From the NCBI GenBank assembly GCA_040218735.1, contig JAVJQW010000061.1, positions 256,001 through 320,000 of the forward strand: a stretch of 64,000 bases of DNA, given 5' to 3'. Below, one piece after another: positions 38,562 to 47,727 of the stretch. Positions within the stretch are counted from its first letter, which is position 1. Every line of letters begins with the position of its first letter. Below the pieces are notes generated by a model, which saw nothing but the letters and a program-made list of their open reading frames with translations, made no database searches and was not told where the DNA came from. A program made the position numbers and the translations under genes. Source of the DNA: Deltaproteobacteria bacterium. Its GTDB lineage: Bacteria > Myxococcota > Kuafuiibacteriia > Kuafuiibacteriales > Kuafuiibacteriaceae.

Positions 38562-39677
38562 ATGGAGTTCATATCGCTCATCTTCGACACCTTTGGCTTC
38601 CCACCGCGGTGGAGCTGCGGCGTTTGGTCGCAGTCGCTCGGGTGGACGCACATCGTCTCGGACCTCGCGATCTTCGCGGCCTACGTCGCGATCCCGATCG
38701 TCCTCGCGTACTTCATTCGCGAACGACGCGACCTCCCCTTCCCGGGGATCGTGTGGATGTTCGCGCTGTTCATCCTGTCGTGCGGCAGCGGTCACTTGAT
38801 CGAGGCCATCATCTTCTACTTCCCCGTCTATCGACTGTCGGCGGTCGTGAAGGTCGTCACCGCCGTCGCTTCCTGGGGCACGGTGATCGGTCTCATCCCG
38901 GTCGTACCCAAGCTCCTCGCGCTGCGTAGCCCCAAGGAGCTGCAGGACGAGATCGACCGACGCGTCGTCGTCGAGTCCGAGCTGCGCAAGAAGAACGAAG
39001 AGCTGAACGAGTTCGCGTACGTCGTCTCGCACGATCTCAAGGCGCCGATCCGCGCCATCGCGAGCACGGCGCAGTTCCTCCGCGAGGACATCGAAGACCG
39101 CGCCGCCGTCTTCGAGCACCTCGACACCATCGAACGACGCACCGTCCGTATGGAGCGGCTCATCGCGGGGCTGCTCGAAGTCGCGCGCGCCGGGCAGGTC
39201 ACCGGCAAGGTCGAACACGTCGACCTCGACACGCTGGTGCGCGAAGTCGTGGACCAGCTCGGCGACGCCGCGAAGGCACGCGTCGAGCTCGAGGGGAACG
39301 TCCCCACCTTCTTCACGTACCGCCTCGGCTTGGAGCAGGTCCTCGCAAACCTGATCTCCAACGGCCTCAAACACTCCGAGAGCGACGGCTCCAAGGTCAC
39401 CGTGTCGCTCGACGACGAGGACGGCGGCTTCGTGCGCTTCGTGGTCGCGGACGACGGCCCCGGCATCCCCGCCGAATATCGCGACCGTGTCTTCGGCATC
39501 TTCCAGACCCTCAAACCGCGCGACACCTTCGAGTCCACGGGGATCGGGCTCGCCGTCGTGCGCAAGGTCGTCGAGTCCGTACAAGGGCAGATCTGGGTGG
39601 AGGACAGCCCGAGCGGCGGCGCCGCGTTCGTCGTGCGCTGGCCGAAGCGGATCGAAACGGAGGCGTCGAAGCTGTGA
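38562..39677 (+). CDS. Sensor histidine kinase with ETR1-like ethylene-binding TM domain
   Basis: SDLAIFAAYVAIP, FILSCGSGH, VKVVTAVAS; H-box AYVVSHDLKAP, NLISNGLK, DDGPGI, GIGL. Confidence 0.88.
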   Translation: MEFISLIFDTFGFPPRWSCGVWSQSLGWTHIVSDLAIFAAYVAIPIVLAYFIRERRDLPFPGIVWMFALFILSCGSGHLIEAIIFYFPVYRLSAVVKVVTAVASWGTVIGLIPVVPKLLALRSPKELQDEIDRRVVVESELRKKNEELNEFAYVVSHDLKAPIRAIASTAQFLREDIEDRAAVFEHLDTIERRTVRMERLIAGLLEVARAGQVTGKVEHVDLDTLVREVVDQLGDAAKARVELEGNVPTFFTYRLGLEQVLANLISNGLKHSESDGSKVTVSLDDEDGGFVRFVVADDGPGIPAEYRDRVFGIFQTLKPRDTFESTGIGLAVVRKVVESVQGQIWVEDSPSGGAAFVVRWPKRIETEASKL

Positions 39678-40321
39678 ACGACCTCGTCTACCGACTCTCC
39701 CACGATCTCCGCGCACCGCTCCGCGGCGCGGCTTCCTCCACGGAGTGGATCGTCGAAGGCCTCGGCGACGAGATGCCCGAGGACGTCGCCGACGCCGTGT
39801 TCTCGCTTCGCCACTGCGTCACCCGCATGCAGTCGCTGCTCGACGGGTTGCTCGAGGTGTCACGCGCTGGGAGCGCCGACGGCACGTCGACGTTCGACCT
39901 CGCCGAGCAAATCGAAATCGCGGCCGAAGCGATCGAAGGCCTCGACGTCGAGGTCCGCGGCCACGCCACCTGCGTCGGTCGGAGCGCCGACTTCTCGCGC
40001 GCCTTCGCTCCGTTGCTGGAGAACGTGCTTCACCACAGCGACGGCGCCACGCGCGCGTTCGTCGACGTGAGCGTCCAAGACGGCACGGCGTTCATCCTCG
40101 TGAAGGACGAAGGCCCCGGCGTCGCGGATCCGAACCGTGCGTTCGAGCTGTACGTCACGCGCTTCGGCGCCTCCAACCCGCAGCACGTCGGCGTCGGGCT
40201 CACGATCGCCCGCACCGCCGCCGAAGCCCACGGCGGCACCGTCACGTTCATCGCGGCGCCCACGCCCGGCACCACGGTCCAGATGACCTGGCCCTGCGCA
40301 CCCCCCGGAGACCCACCATGA
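39674..40321 (+). CDS. Sensor-less histidine kinase core (HisKA-HATPase)
   Basis: Begins directly at YRLSHDLRAPL; LLENVL, DEGPGV, GVGL; GTGA-coupled to the upstream kinase. Confidence 0.75.
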   Translation: MNDLVYRLSHDLRAPLRGAASSTEWIVEGLGDEMPEDVADAVFSLRHCVTRMQSLLDGLLEVSRAGSADGTSTFDLAEQIEIAAEAIEGLDVEVRGHATCVGRSADFSRAFAPLLENVLHHSDGATRAFVDVSVQDGTAFILVKDEGPGVADPNRAFELYVTRFGASNPQHVGVGLTIARTAAEAHGGTVTFIAAPTPGTTVQMTWPCAPPGDPP

Positions 40322-40749
40322 CCCGACAAGCCCTCCTCATCGACGACGACATCGTCGACGTCGAGACCGTCCGTCGCGCGATTCGCCGCAACCGGATGGA
40401 CGTCGAGCTCACCGTAGCGCACGACGGTGTCGAAGGACTCGAAGTGCTCCGGCGAGCCAGCACCACGCCGCCGATCCCGATCCTCCTCGACCTCAACATG
40501 CCGCGCATGAACGGCTTCGAGTTCCTCGACGTCATCCGCGCGGACCCGAAGCTGAGGCTCCACCAAGTCTTCGTCCTGACCACGTCGAAAGCCGACGTCG
40601 ATCTGCTGCGCGCGTACGACCGCTGCGTCGCGGGTTACATCATCAAGCCGCTCACCTTCTCGAAGTTCTGCGAAGCCCTTCAGGCCATCGACGGCCTGTG
40701 GCGGGTCAACGAGCTCGTCCCAACGACCGCCGTCGGCGCGGAGCGCTGA
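40318..40749 (+). CDS. Single-domain response regulator (Rcp1-like)
   Basis: LLIDDD, ILLDLNMPRMNGFEFL, VLTTS, GYIIKP. Confidence 0.92.
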   Translation: MTRQALLIDDDIVDVETVRRAIRRNRMDVELTVAHDGVEGLEVLRRASTTPPIPILLDLNMPRMNGFEFLDVIRADPKLRLHQVFVLTTSKADVDLLRAYDRCVAGYIIKPLTFSKFCEALQAIDGLWRVNELVPTTAVGAER

Positions 40750-40763
40750 AGGGGTCCCGGCGC

Positions 40764-42908
40764 GTGAAGACTCCAGGCTCCGACCACGCACGCGCCTCCT
40801 CCGGCCGCGTCCTCTTCGTCGACGACGACACCCTCTGCGCCCGCGCGTTCCGACGCTCGCTCGTGCGGCGCGGCTACGCCGTCGACATCGCGACGACCGC
40901 CTCCGAAGCCCTGTCGCTCGCGCGCCGCTTTCACTACGCCGTGATCGCGACGGACCTCATGATGCCCGACGCCGACGGCCTCGACATCATCCGCCGCATC
41001 CGAAGCCTCCAACCCGACGCCGCGTATCTGATGATCACCGGCAAGACCGACCTCCGCCTCCCGGACACCGAAGAGGCCGGGATGATCTCGCAGATCGTCT
41101 ACAAACCCTGGGACGACAAGATGCTCATTCAAGCGATCTCGTCGGCCAGCAACCGCCACGCAGAACGCATCGCGGACCGCTTCGTCGCGCTCGCGACCGT
41201 CGACGAGAGTCAGGACGCACACGTCCTCCTCGTCGAAGACGACCCGACCGACGCCGCTCGCGTGCGGCGCGCGCTCAAGCGCGCTGGCCCGACACGCTAC
41301 ATCGTCACCCACGTCGAACGCCTGAGCGACGCGATGACGCTGCTCGGCGAGTCGTCCTTCGACCTCGTCCTCCTCGACCTGACCCTCCCCGACGCGCGCG
41401 GGCTCACCGCCATCGCGATGGTGCACGCGACCGTGCCCAACACCCCGATCCTCGTGGTGAGCGGCATGAACGCCGAGTCGATCGCGTACCAGTCGGTGCA
41501 GATCGGCGCGGAGGATCACCTCGTCAAGGACAAGGTCGACGACGCGAGCCTCGTGCGTGCCATGCGCTTTGCGATCGAGCGCAACCGCGCGCGCGATCGC
41601 ATCGCGTACCTGTCGAACTTCAACGCCCTCACCGGACTACCGAACCGTTCCACCTTCCGTGAAAAGCTCGGCGCGCTGTTGCACGCGCCGGAGCTCGATG
41701 GGCGCGAGATCGGCGTCCTGATGTTCGACCTCGACGGCTTCCGCAACGTCAACAGCGTCTACTCCGCCGACGTGGGCGACGCCGTCCTCCGCGAGATCGG
41801 CGAGCGGCTCCGCGCCGAAGCGAAGAAGACGGAGTTCGTCGCGCACCTCGCTGGCGACGAGTTCGCGGTCATCGTGGACCACATCGACAACGTGCTCGAT
41901 CTCGAAGACGCCGCACGCCGGATCCTCAAGGTCGTCACGATGCCGATGCGCCTCGGCGCGAGCGAAGTGATGACCACCGCGAGCGCGGGCGCCTGCGCCG
42001 CCGCCCTGGGCGACGATGCGGACGAGGTCATCCGCAACGCGGAGGAAGCGATGCTCGCCGCCAAGCGCAGCGGGCGCGGACGCTTCGCGATGCACCGACG
42101 CGAGGTCATCACCACCGACCTCGGCCGGCTCTCCCTCGAAGCCGACCTCGCCAACGCCCTCGGACGCGACGAGTTCGTCGTCTACTACCAGCCGAAGATC
42201 GACACCCGCGCGGGGCGCGTCGTCGGGCTGGAGGCCCTGATCCGCTGGCAGCACGAAGACCGCGGCCTCGTCCCGCCCGGCGAGTTCATCCCGCTGTTGG
42301 AGGAGACCGGCCTGATCGTCCCCGTGGGTGAGTGGGTCCTTGAGACGGCCTGCCGGCAGCTCGAAACGTGGCAGACGCGGATGGAAGACCCGGACCTGAG
42401 CGTCGCGGTGAACATCGCGGCGCGCCAGCTTCGTGATCCGATGCTCGTCGAACAGGTGTGGCGGTCGCTCTCCCGACTGAACGTGAACCCCAAGACGGTC
42501 GAGCTCGAGCTCACCGAGAGCGCGCTGATCGACGGGGACGACGCGCTCGAACGACTTCAAGCGCTCGGCGAGCTCGGCGTCACCCTCGCGGTCGACGACT
42601 TCGGCACGGGGTACAGCTCACTCGCCTACCTCGAGCGCTTCCCCGTCGACGTGCTCAAGATCGACCGCGCCTTCGTCGGGCGCTGCGACACCAACGACTC
42701 CTCGCGCTCGCTCACCAACGCGATCATCCTCCTCGCCCGCGCGCTGGAGCTCGACGTGGTCGCCGAGGGCGCCGAGACCCAGGCGCAAGTCGACTTGCTC
42801 TCGGAGCTCGGGTGCGACGTCGTCCAGGGGTACTACTTCGCCAAGCCGATGCCCGCCTCGGTGTGTGGCCGCTGGCTCGACGACTTCTCAGGCCGCCGCG
42901 TCGCCTGA
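40764..42908 (+). CDS. REC-REC-GGDEF-EAL c-di-GMP enzyme
   Basis: Two REC domains; LTGLPNR, AGDEF variant, EALIRW, DDFGTGYSSL, KIDRAF, VAEG, QGYY. Confidence 0.93.
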   Translation: MKTPGSDHARASSGRVLFVDDDTLCARAFRRSLVRRGYAVDIATTASEALSLARRFHYAVIATDLMMPDADGLDIIRRIRSLQPDAAYLMITGKTDLRLPDTEEAGMISQIVYKPWDDKMLIQAISSASNRHAERIADRFVALATVDESQDAHVLLVEDDPTDAARVRRALKRAGPTRYIVTHVERLSDAMTLLGESSFDLVLLDLTLPDARGLTAIAMVHATVPNTPILVVSGMNAESIAYQSVQIGAEDHLVKDKVDDASLVRAMRFAIERNRARDRIAYLSNFNALTGLPNRSTFREKLGALLHAPELDGREIGVLMFDLDGFRNVNSVYSADVGDAVLREIGERLRAEAKKTEFVAHLAGDEFAVIVDHIDNVLDLEDAARRILKVVTMPMRLGASEVMTTASAGACAAALGDDADEVIRNAEEAMLAAKRSGRGRFAMHRREVITTDLGRLSLEADLANALGRDEFVVYYQPKIDTRAGRVVGLEALIRWQHEDRGLVPPGEFIPLLEETGLIVPVGEWVLETACRQLETWQTRMEDPDLSVAVNIAARQLRDPMLVEQVWRSLSRLNVNPKTVELELTESALIDGDDALERLQALGELGVTLAVDDFGTGYSSLAYLERFPVDVLKIDRAFVGRCDTNDSSRSLTNAIILLARALELDVVAEGAETQAQVDLLSELGCDVVQGYYFAKPMPASVCGRWLDDFSGRRVA

Positions 42909-42958
42909 GTTAGGCCATAACGGTCCCTCGCTTCGCGAGTGACCTCGGCACAGACCTC

Positions 42959-42983
42959 AGACCCGCCGCATTCGCGGCGGTCT
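42959..42983. terminator. GC-rich hairpin, possible terminator between convergent genes
   Basis: agacccgccgc-attc-gcggcggtct downstream of the EAL gene; no U-tract. Confidence 0.35.
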
Positions 42984-42994
42984 TCGACGTAGGA

Positions 42995-43217
42995 GGCCGT
43001 ATCAGATAGCCGGGGTGGGAGTGCCCAGGATCGGCTTCGCTTTCGGCGACGGGCGGGGACCTCCCCTCCGGTCAGAAGCCGTTCGTCTCGCCGGATGTGG
43101 CCCCTCGGCTTCGCTGTTTGCCGCGGTGGGCGAGCCGCTGACCGGAAGAGCGTCCCCGGCCGACGCCAAAAGCGAAACCGGACCTGGGCACTCCCCCGCC
43201 GGCTATCCGATACGGCC
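42995..43217. repeat. Short, internally deleted copy of the 4697-5700 inverted-repeat element
   Basis: Same termini (gatagccgg..gggagtgcccagg / cctgggcactccccc..ggctatccga); about 135 bp of left arm joined to about 73 bp of right arm. Confidence 0.88.
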
Positions 43218-43219
43218 CC

Positions 43220-45124
43220 CTAGACCGCGGTCGGCTCGGCGCCGGCGGCGGACTTCGGCGCCTCGTCCTTCGCGGACGGCACGCGCCCCGCGTAGACCGT
43301 TGTCACGATGCCCGCGACCGCGGCGCACCACGGGAACAGGACGCCGCCGAAGGCGAGGCCCGCGACGACCAAGGGCGGCAGCAACGTCGCGACCCACGCG
43401 CGGCGGCTCGACGCGGAGGCGATCCGCTCCAGGCGATCGACGAGCTTCGGGACCTGGCCGATCGCCGTGACCGCGATGCGGGGGGCGGAGGGTTCGAGCT
43501 TCATCCCCGGCCGCGGGGACACGACGCGGAGGCGCAGCCCCTTGCTCGGCGGCTCGGTGGTCTCGGCGAGGAGCGTGCCGTCGCGGCCCTTCGTCGGCGG
43601 CCCGTCGCGCGTGACGCCGGCGGCCTTCGCGACGGCCTCGCGCGTCGCATCCGGGAGGCCCGGCATCAGCGTCGCCTCCAGCGCCTGCGCCGCGGCCTTC
43701 GCGTCGGCGTCGGCGCGAACGTCGATGCCGATGGCGCCGACGATCCCCTGCGCGGGCTCCCCGAGCAGGAACACCACCGGCTTCTGGCCGCGCAAGAAGT
43801 CGAGCGTGCCCTGCGTCGATTCGTCGAGCGCGAGCCCGTCGACCTTCTCGATGGCGGCCTCGGGCCCGAGGTACCAGCGACGCCCGTTCACCGTCCCGCG
43901 GTAGACGCCGTCGACCTTCTCCAACGCCGCGCCGGCCAGCGACTCGAGCTTCTTCTTCTCCATCGCCGCACGGACACTCGTGCGTTCGGGGATCGGGTCC
44001 TCCGACAGCAGCGCCGCAGAGAGCGCGAGGATCGTGTCACTCGCGACGTCGGCGAACGGTGCCGCCTCGACCGCGCCGGGCGCCGCGAGGAGCAGCGGAT
44101 CGATCTGCCACCGACGCACGTGCGCCAGCGCGAGCACGTCCTTCGCCCGTGTGACGAACACACCGGCGCGCTTCGCCTCCAGGAGCAAACTCACCCGCCC
44201 GAGGGTCCCCGCGAGCGCAGGCGCCGCCGCGGCCGCCGCGACACACGCCGCCGCGACCCCCGGGAGCCAGGTCGAAACCGTCTGAAGATCCGATCGCCAC
44301 AGCACGATCGCCACCGCACCCGCCCCCAACAACAACACCCACAGCGCCGCCGCGCGGTGCGCGCCGCTCGTCTCCAACAGCTCGGCCCCGACCGACGCCG
44401 CGAAACGATCACGCTGCAGGATCAGGCTGTCGTCCTGGGTCGCGCCGACCGCGATCTGGAGATCGGGGATCGACGGGACCGTGCCGGCGAAGACGTACTC
44501 ACCGACCTTCTTCGCGGTCGGGAGCCCGGGCCCGCACAGCTGTGTCTCGTCGACGAAGCCGGTGCCGTTGAGGATGACGCCGTCGACGACGAGCTCCTCC
44601 TCCATCTCGGCCGCGAATCGATCACCCTTCACGAGCGACGCCGCCGGGACGTCCGCGTGTTTCGACGCCTCTTCGCGAAGCAGACGGACGCGGTGATCGG
44701 CGTCGAGCGTGCGCGGCTGGAGGCGCTTCGCGGCGCGTGCCTTCTGCAGCCGAACGAACGAGACGAGGAACGTCACCGCCCCCGCGACCTCGAGCCCGGC
44801 CGGCAGATAGACCACGCGCTCGGCGGGCTGCCACAGCGCGAGGACCGGCATCGCCACGCCGAGGAGCGCCGCGATCGGCCACAGCCCGAGGTCCACGAAC
44901 ACGTCGCGCTCGGGGCGCGCGTACCACGCGAAGAACACGGCGACGCCGACGAGGATCAGCGCGGAGAACAGCACCGCGTCGTCCCGCGGTACGTCCGGCG
45001 CTCCGACGAAGAGGAGCCCGCGCAGCCCGAGGCCGGCCAGGAGCGCGATCGTCCCCACCGCGAGCCCGAGGGACGCGCGGGCGCGCCCCATCACCTTCGA
45101 TTCGACGTCTTTGGAGTCGGCCAA
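43220..45124 (-). CDS. Degenerate heavy-metal (P1B) P-type ATPase homolog (pseudo-ATPase)
   Basis: VPAASLVKGD, VDGVILNGTGFVDE, VFAGT and GTVNGRRWYLG follow P1B architecture; TGES, CPC, DKTGT, HP and GDGxND motifs are not recognisable. Confidence 0.7.
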   Translation of the reverse strand: MADSKDVESKVMGRARASLGLAVGTIALLAGLGLRGLLFVGAPDVPRDDAVLFSALILVGVAVFFAWYARPERDVFVDLGLWPIAALLGVAMPVLALWQPAERVVYLPAGLEVAGAVTFLVSFVRLQKARAAKRLQPRTLDADHRVRLLREEASKHADVPAASLVKGDRFAAEMEEELVVDGVILNGTGFVDETQLCGPGLPTAKKVGEYVFAGTVPSIPDLQIAVGATQDDSLILQRDRFAASVGAELLETSGAHRAAALWVLLLGAGAVAIVLWRSDLQTVSTWLPGVAAACVAAAAAAPALAGTLGRVSLLLEAKRAGVFVTRAKDVLALAHVRRWQIDPLLLAAPGAVEAAPFADVASDTILALSAALLSEDPIPERTSVRAAMEKKKLESLAGAALEKVDGVYRGTVNGRRWYLGPEAAIEKVDGLALDESTQGTLDFLRGQKPVVFLLGEPAQGIVGAIGIDVRADADAKAAAQALEATLMPGLPDATREAVAKAAGVTRDGPPTKGRDGTLLAETTEPPSKGLRLRVVSPRPGMKLEPSAPRIAVTAIGQVPKLVDRLERIASASSRRAWVATLLPPLVVAGLAFGGVLFPWCAAVAGIVTTVYAGRVPSAKDEAPKSAAGAEPTAV

Positions 45125-45143
45125 GCCAGTGTTCAGCGCTTGT

Positions 45144-46223
45144 TCAGCGAGGCCGGACCGCGAGGGCCCACGGAGAGATGTCGTCGAGGTGGATCTTCTT
45201 CACGTGTTGACCGTCGGCCACGGAGATCGCGTGGATCGCGCCGCCCGTGCCGTCGACGACCTGCGCGGTGTAGACGTGTTTGCCGTCGCTCGCGAACGCG
45301 ATCTGCGACGTCGGGTCCGGCGTCTCGACGCGGTGGCGAATCTCGCCGCTCGCCGCGTCGATCAGGACCACGCCGATGCCGACGTTGACCGCGACCGTCG
45401 CGCCGTCCGGCGACACCGCGACGCCGCGCAGCGGGTACGCACGGTCGAGCATCAGCGCCGACGTCGCGCCGCTCTTCAGGTCCACGACCAGGACCCGCGA
45501 CGGGTAGCCCTCGACGGGGAGGTACGCGCGGCTGCCGTGGCGGACCGCTTCGTGACGCACGCGGAAGGGCTGGTCGGCGCCGCCCTGCCCGGCGAGCGGA
45601 TCGATCTTCGTGCCGTCGGAGGACAGGGGCTCGGAGCCGCTGATGGTGCGGACCCGACCGTCCTCGGTGAGGACGAGATCGTGGCCGCCGTCTCCCGCGC
45701 GGCGCGCGGCGAAGAAGATGCGCTGGCCGATGGTCTCCTTGTTCGTCACGCGCTTGGACGCGACGTCGTACGTCGACAAGAAGAACGGCAGCACCTCACG
45801 CGACTTGTCCGGGTTCACGATCACTTGGTGCGACAGCGCGGTCACCGTCTTGCCGTCGTCCGCGATGTCGATCGCACGCACCGGCGTGGTGATCGGGTTC
45901 GCGAGCTGCTGATGCGCGTGCCCGTCGAAGACGAACATCCCGCCGCTCGCCGCGACGTACGCGGTGCCATCGTCGGCGAACCGAATCTGTCGCACCGCGC
46001 GCCCGAGCGGCACCGACGCGACGACTTCACCCTTCGCGAAGTCGACGACGCGCAGCACCGTCGACGCCGCGTACACGACGTCCGTCGGTCCTTCGACCTC
46101 GGGCGCCGCGGTGACCGCCTTCGCCTCGGTCGCGACCTCGGGTTTGCTCGCGTCTTTGCAGGCGAACAGGCTCGCCCCCGCCATGAACACGGCCAGCGCC
46201 GCGGTTGATGTCGTTCGCTTCAT
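45144..46223 (-). CDS. Beta-propeller lipoprotein resembling the QHNDH beta subunit (QhpB-like)
   Basis: SLFAC lipobox; repeats FADDGT, IADDGKT, VSPDGAT, FASDGKH; DGKT...EVLP..STYD insert resembling QhpB as recalled. Confidence 0.7.
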   Translation of the reverse strand: MKRTTSTAALAVFMAGASLFACKDASKPEVATEAKAVTAAPEVEGPTDVVYAASTVLRVVDFAKGEVVASVPLGRAVRQIRFADDGTAYVAASGGMFVFDGHAHQQLANPITTPVRAIDIADDGKTVTALSHQVIVNPDKSREVLPFFLSTYDVASKRVTNKETIGQRIFFAARRAGDGGHDLVLTEDGRVRTISGSEPLSSDGTKIDPLAGQGGADQPFRVRHEAVRHGSRAYLPVEGYPSRVLVVDLKSGATSALMLDRAYPLRGVAVSPDGATVAVNVGIGVVLIDAASGEIRHRVETPDPTSQIAFASDGKHVYTAQVVDGTGGAIHAISVADGQHVKKIHLDDISPWALAVRPR

Positions 46224-46243
46224 GGTCACCGCCCTACTCTCTA

Positions 46244-47716
46244 TCACTGACCCTGCGTCTGGTTGCACCCCGTCCCCACGAAGTTGCCGCGGAGGCGAGG
46301 AACGATGCCGGGGGCCTCGTCCACGATGCGCGCGTAGGTGTGCAGCCCCAGCCGATACCACCCGCGCAGGAAATCACAGAAGTCGTCGCCGATCGTCCAC
46401 GGCGCCGCGCCTTGCTCGGTGTGCAGCCACGCGATGTGGTGGCAGCCGCCGCCGCAGAGGTACCGCGCCCAGCACGCCTCACACGGCGCACGCGACGCGG
46501 GGTTCATGCCGTCGAGGATCTGCTGCCGCAGCCCCGCGTCGATCCCGGACTCGACGTGCCCCATCTTGAAGGCCTCCTGCCCCACGAGCCGGTGGCACGC
46601 GTACAGGTCACCCTTGTTGTCCGCGGCGACGAGCTTCGTCCCCGCGCCGCACGGCACCGGACGCGGATCGCCGATCGCGATCTGCTCGAGCACGGTGCGG
46701 AGGTTCGAAAACGGCATCACCTCGCCGGCCTTCGCGGCCTCGACGAAGTCGTCCGCGAGGATCCGCATCTCGTCGAGGAGCCGCTTCAGATCCTCACCCT
46801 GCAGATCGAAACGCTCCTGGCCCGTCGCGACCGGCGACACGCCGACCTCTTGGAACCCGACGCCGATCAGGTGTCGAACGATGCGCGCGACGTCGAGGCA
46901 CTTCCGCGTGAGGGTCACGCGTGCGTTGGCCTTCAGCCCCGACTCGGCGATCTTCGCCATGATGACGTCGTAGCTCTTCGCGCCGTCCTGGATCGGGCGC
47001 AGGCGATCGTTGACGTCTGGCGGGCCGTCGATGCTGACGGTCATCGAGAAGCGCTCTTGCTCGAACCACTCCACGAGCTCCCGCGTGAGGAGCGTCCCGT
47101 TCGTCGTCAACGCGAAGCCGACCCGACGCCCCTCCTCGGCCGCGCGCCGCTTCGCGTACGCGTGCGCCGCGTAGACGACGTCGAGGTTCATTAGCGGCTC
47201 CCCACCGAAGAACGTGACACTCACGCTGCGGGTGTCGCCGAGCTGGTCGAAGAACTTCTTCGTGTGCTCTACGGCGAGCTCCGGGTTCATGTACCCGTAG
47301 TCGCCGCCGTACCGACCGTAGTCGGCGTAGCAATAACCGCAACGCATGTTGCAGTCGTGGCTGACATGCAGGACGAGCGCGGACACCGGATCCTGCGGCA
47401 GCGACGCCGGCACGCGCCGCACCGAAGGGCGGTCACTCGGCGTGAGGATCTGGAGCTGCTCGAACGCCGACCACGTGTCGTCCGCCTCGGTGTCGCCGAA
47501 CGACGCCGCGAGCTTCTCCTTGAGCTGAGAGCGGCGCACGCGACCCTGCCCCGCGAGCTGCTCCGCGAGCGCCCAGGCCGGATCGTCGAGCTCCGCGAAC
47601 GCAGCCGAGTCGACGACGAACACGAGGCGTCGGCCGCCCTCCTCGAAGGGATAGAAACGCTCCACCCGGAACAGATCGTCCGGGCGCGCGGGCATGGCTA
47701 CGAGCTCAGCAGACAT
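46244..47716 (-). CDS. Radical SAM/SPASM maturase, QhpD-like (Cys-to-Asp/Glu thioether cross-link enzyme family)
   Basis: CNMRCGYC, FFGGEPL, LTTNGTLL, VSIDGP, ARVTLTR, PFSNL, PCGAG, YACHR, CEACWARYLCGGGC, FCDFLRGW; N-terminal RRE-like region. Confidence 0.88.
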   Translation of the reverse strand: MSAELVAMPARPDDLFRVERFYPFEEGGRRLVFVVDSAAFAELDDPAWALAEQLAGQGRVRRSQLKEKLAASFGDTEADDTWSAFEQLQILTPSDRPSVRRVPASLPQDPVSALVLHVSHDCNMRCGYCYADYGRYGGDYGYMNPELAVEHTKKFFDQLGDTRSVSVTFFGGEPLMNLDVVYAAHAYAKRRAAEEGRRVGFALTTNGTLLTRELVEWFEQERFSMTVSIDGPPDVNDRLRPIQDGAKSYDVIMAKIAESGLKANARVTLTRKCLDVARIVRHLIGVGFQEVGVSPVATGQERFDLQGEDLKRLLDEMRILADDFVEAAKAGEVMPFSNLRTVLEQIAIGDPRPVPCGAGTKLVAADNKGDLYACHRLVGQEAFKMGHVESGIDAGLRQQILDGMNPASRAPCEACWARYLCGGGCHHIAWLHTEQGAAPWTIGDDFCDFLRGWYRLGLHTYARIVDEAPGIVPRLRGNFVGTGCNQTQGQ

Positions 47717-47727
47717 CCACGCTCCTT

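Noticed and set aside
46224-46290. Radical SAM C-terminal tail (FVGTGCNQTQGQ) or the 20-nt gap as a hidden gamma subunit or precursor
   Set aside because: Too short, only one Cys, and no Trp/Asp/Glu pattern of QhpC; cannot be supported.
46244-47716. SCIFF/CteB assignment for the radical SAM
   Set aside because: No six-Cys SCIFF peptide nearby; the ARVTLTR, FSN and CD..R.W..G...Y.RI segments and the neighbouring genes fit QhpD better.
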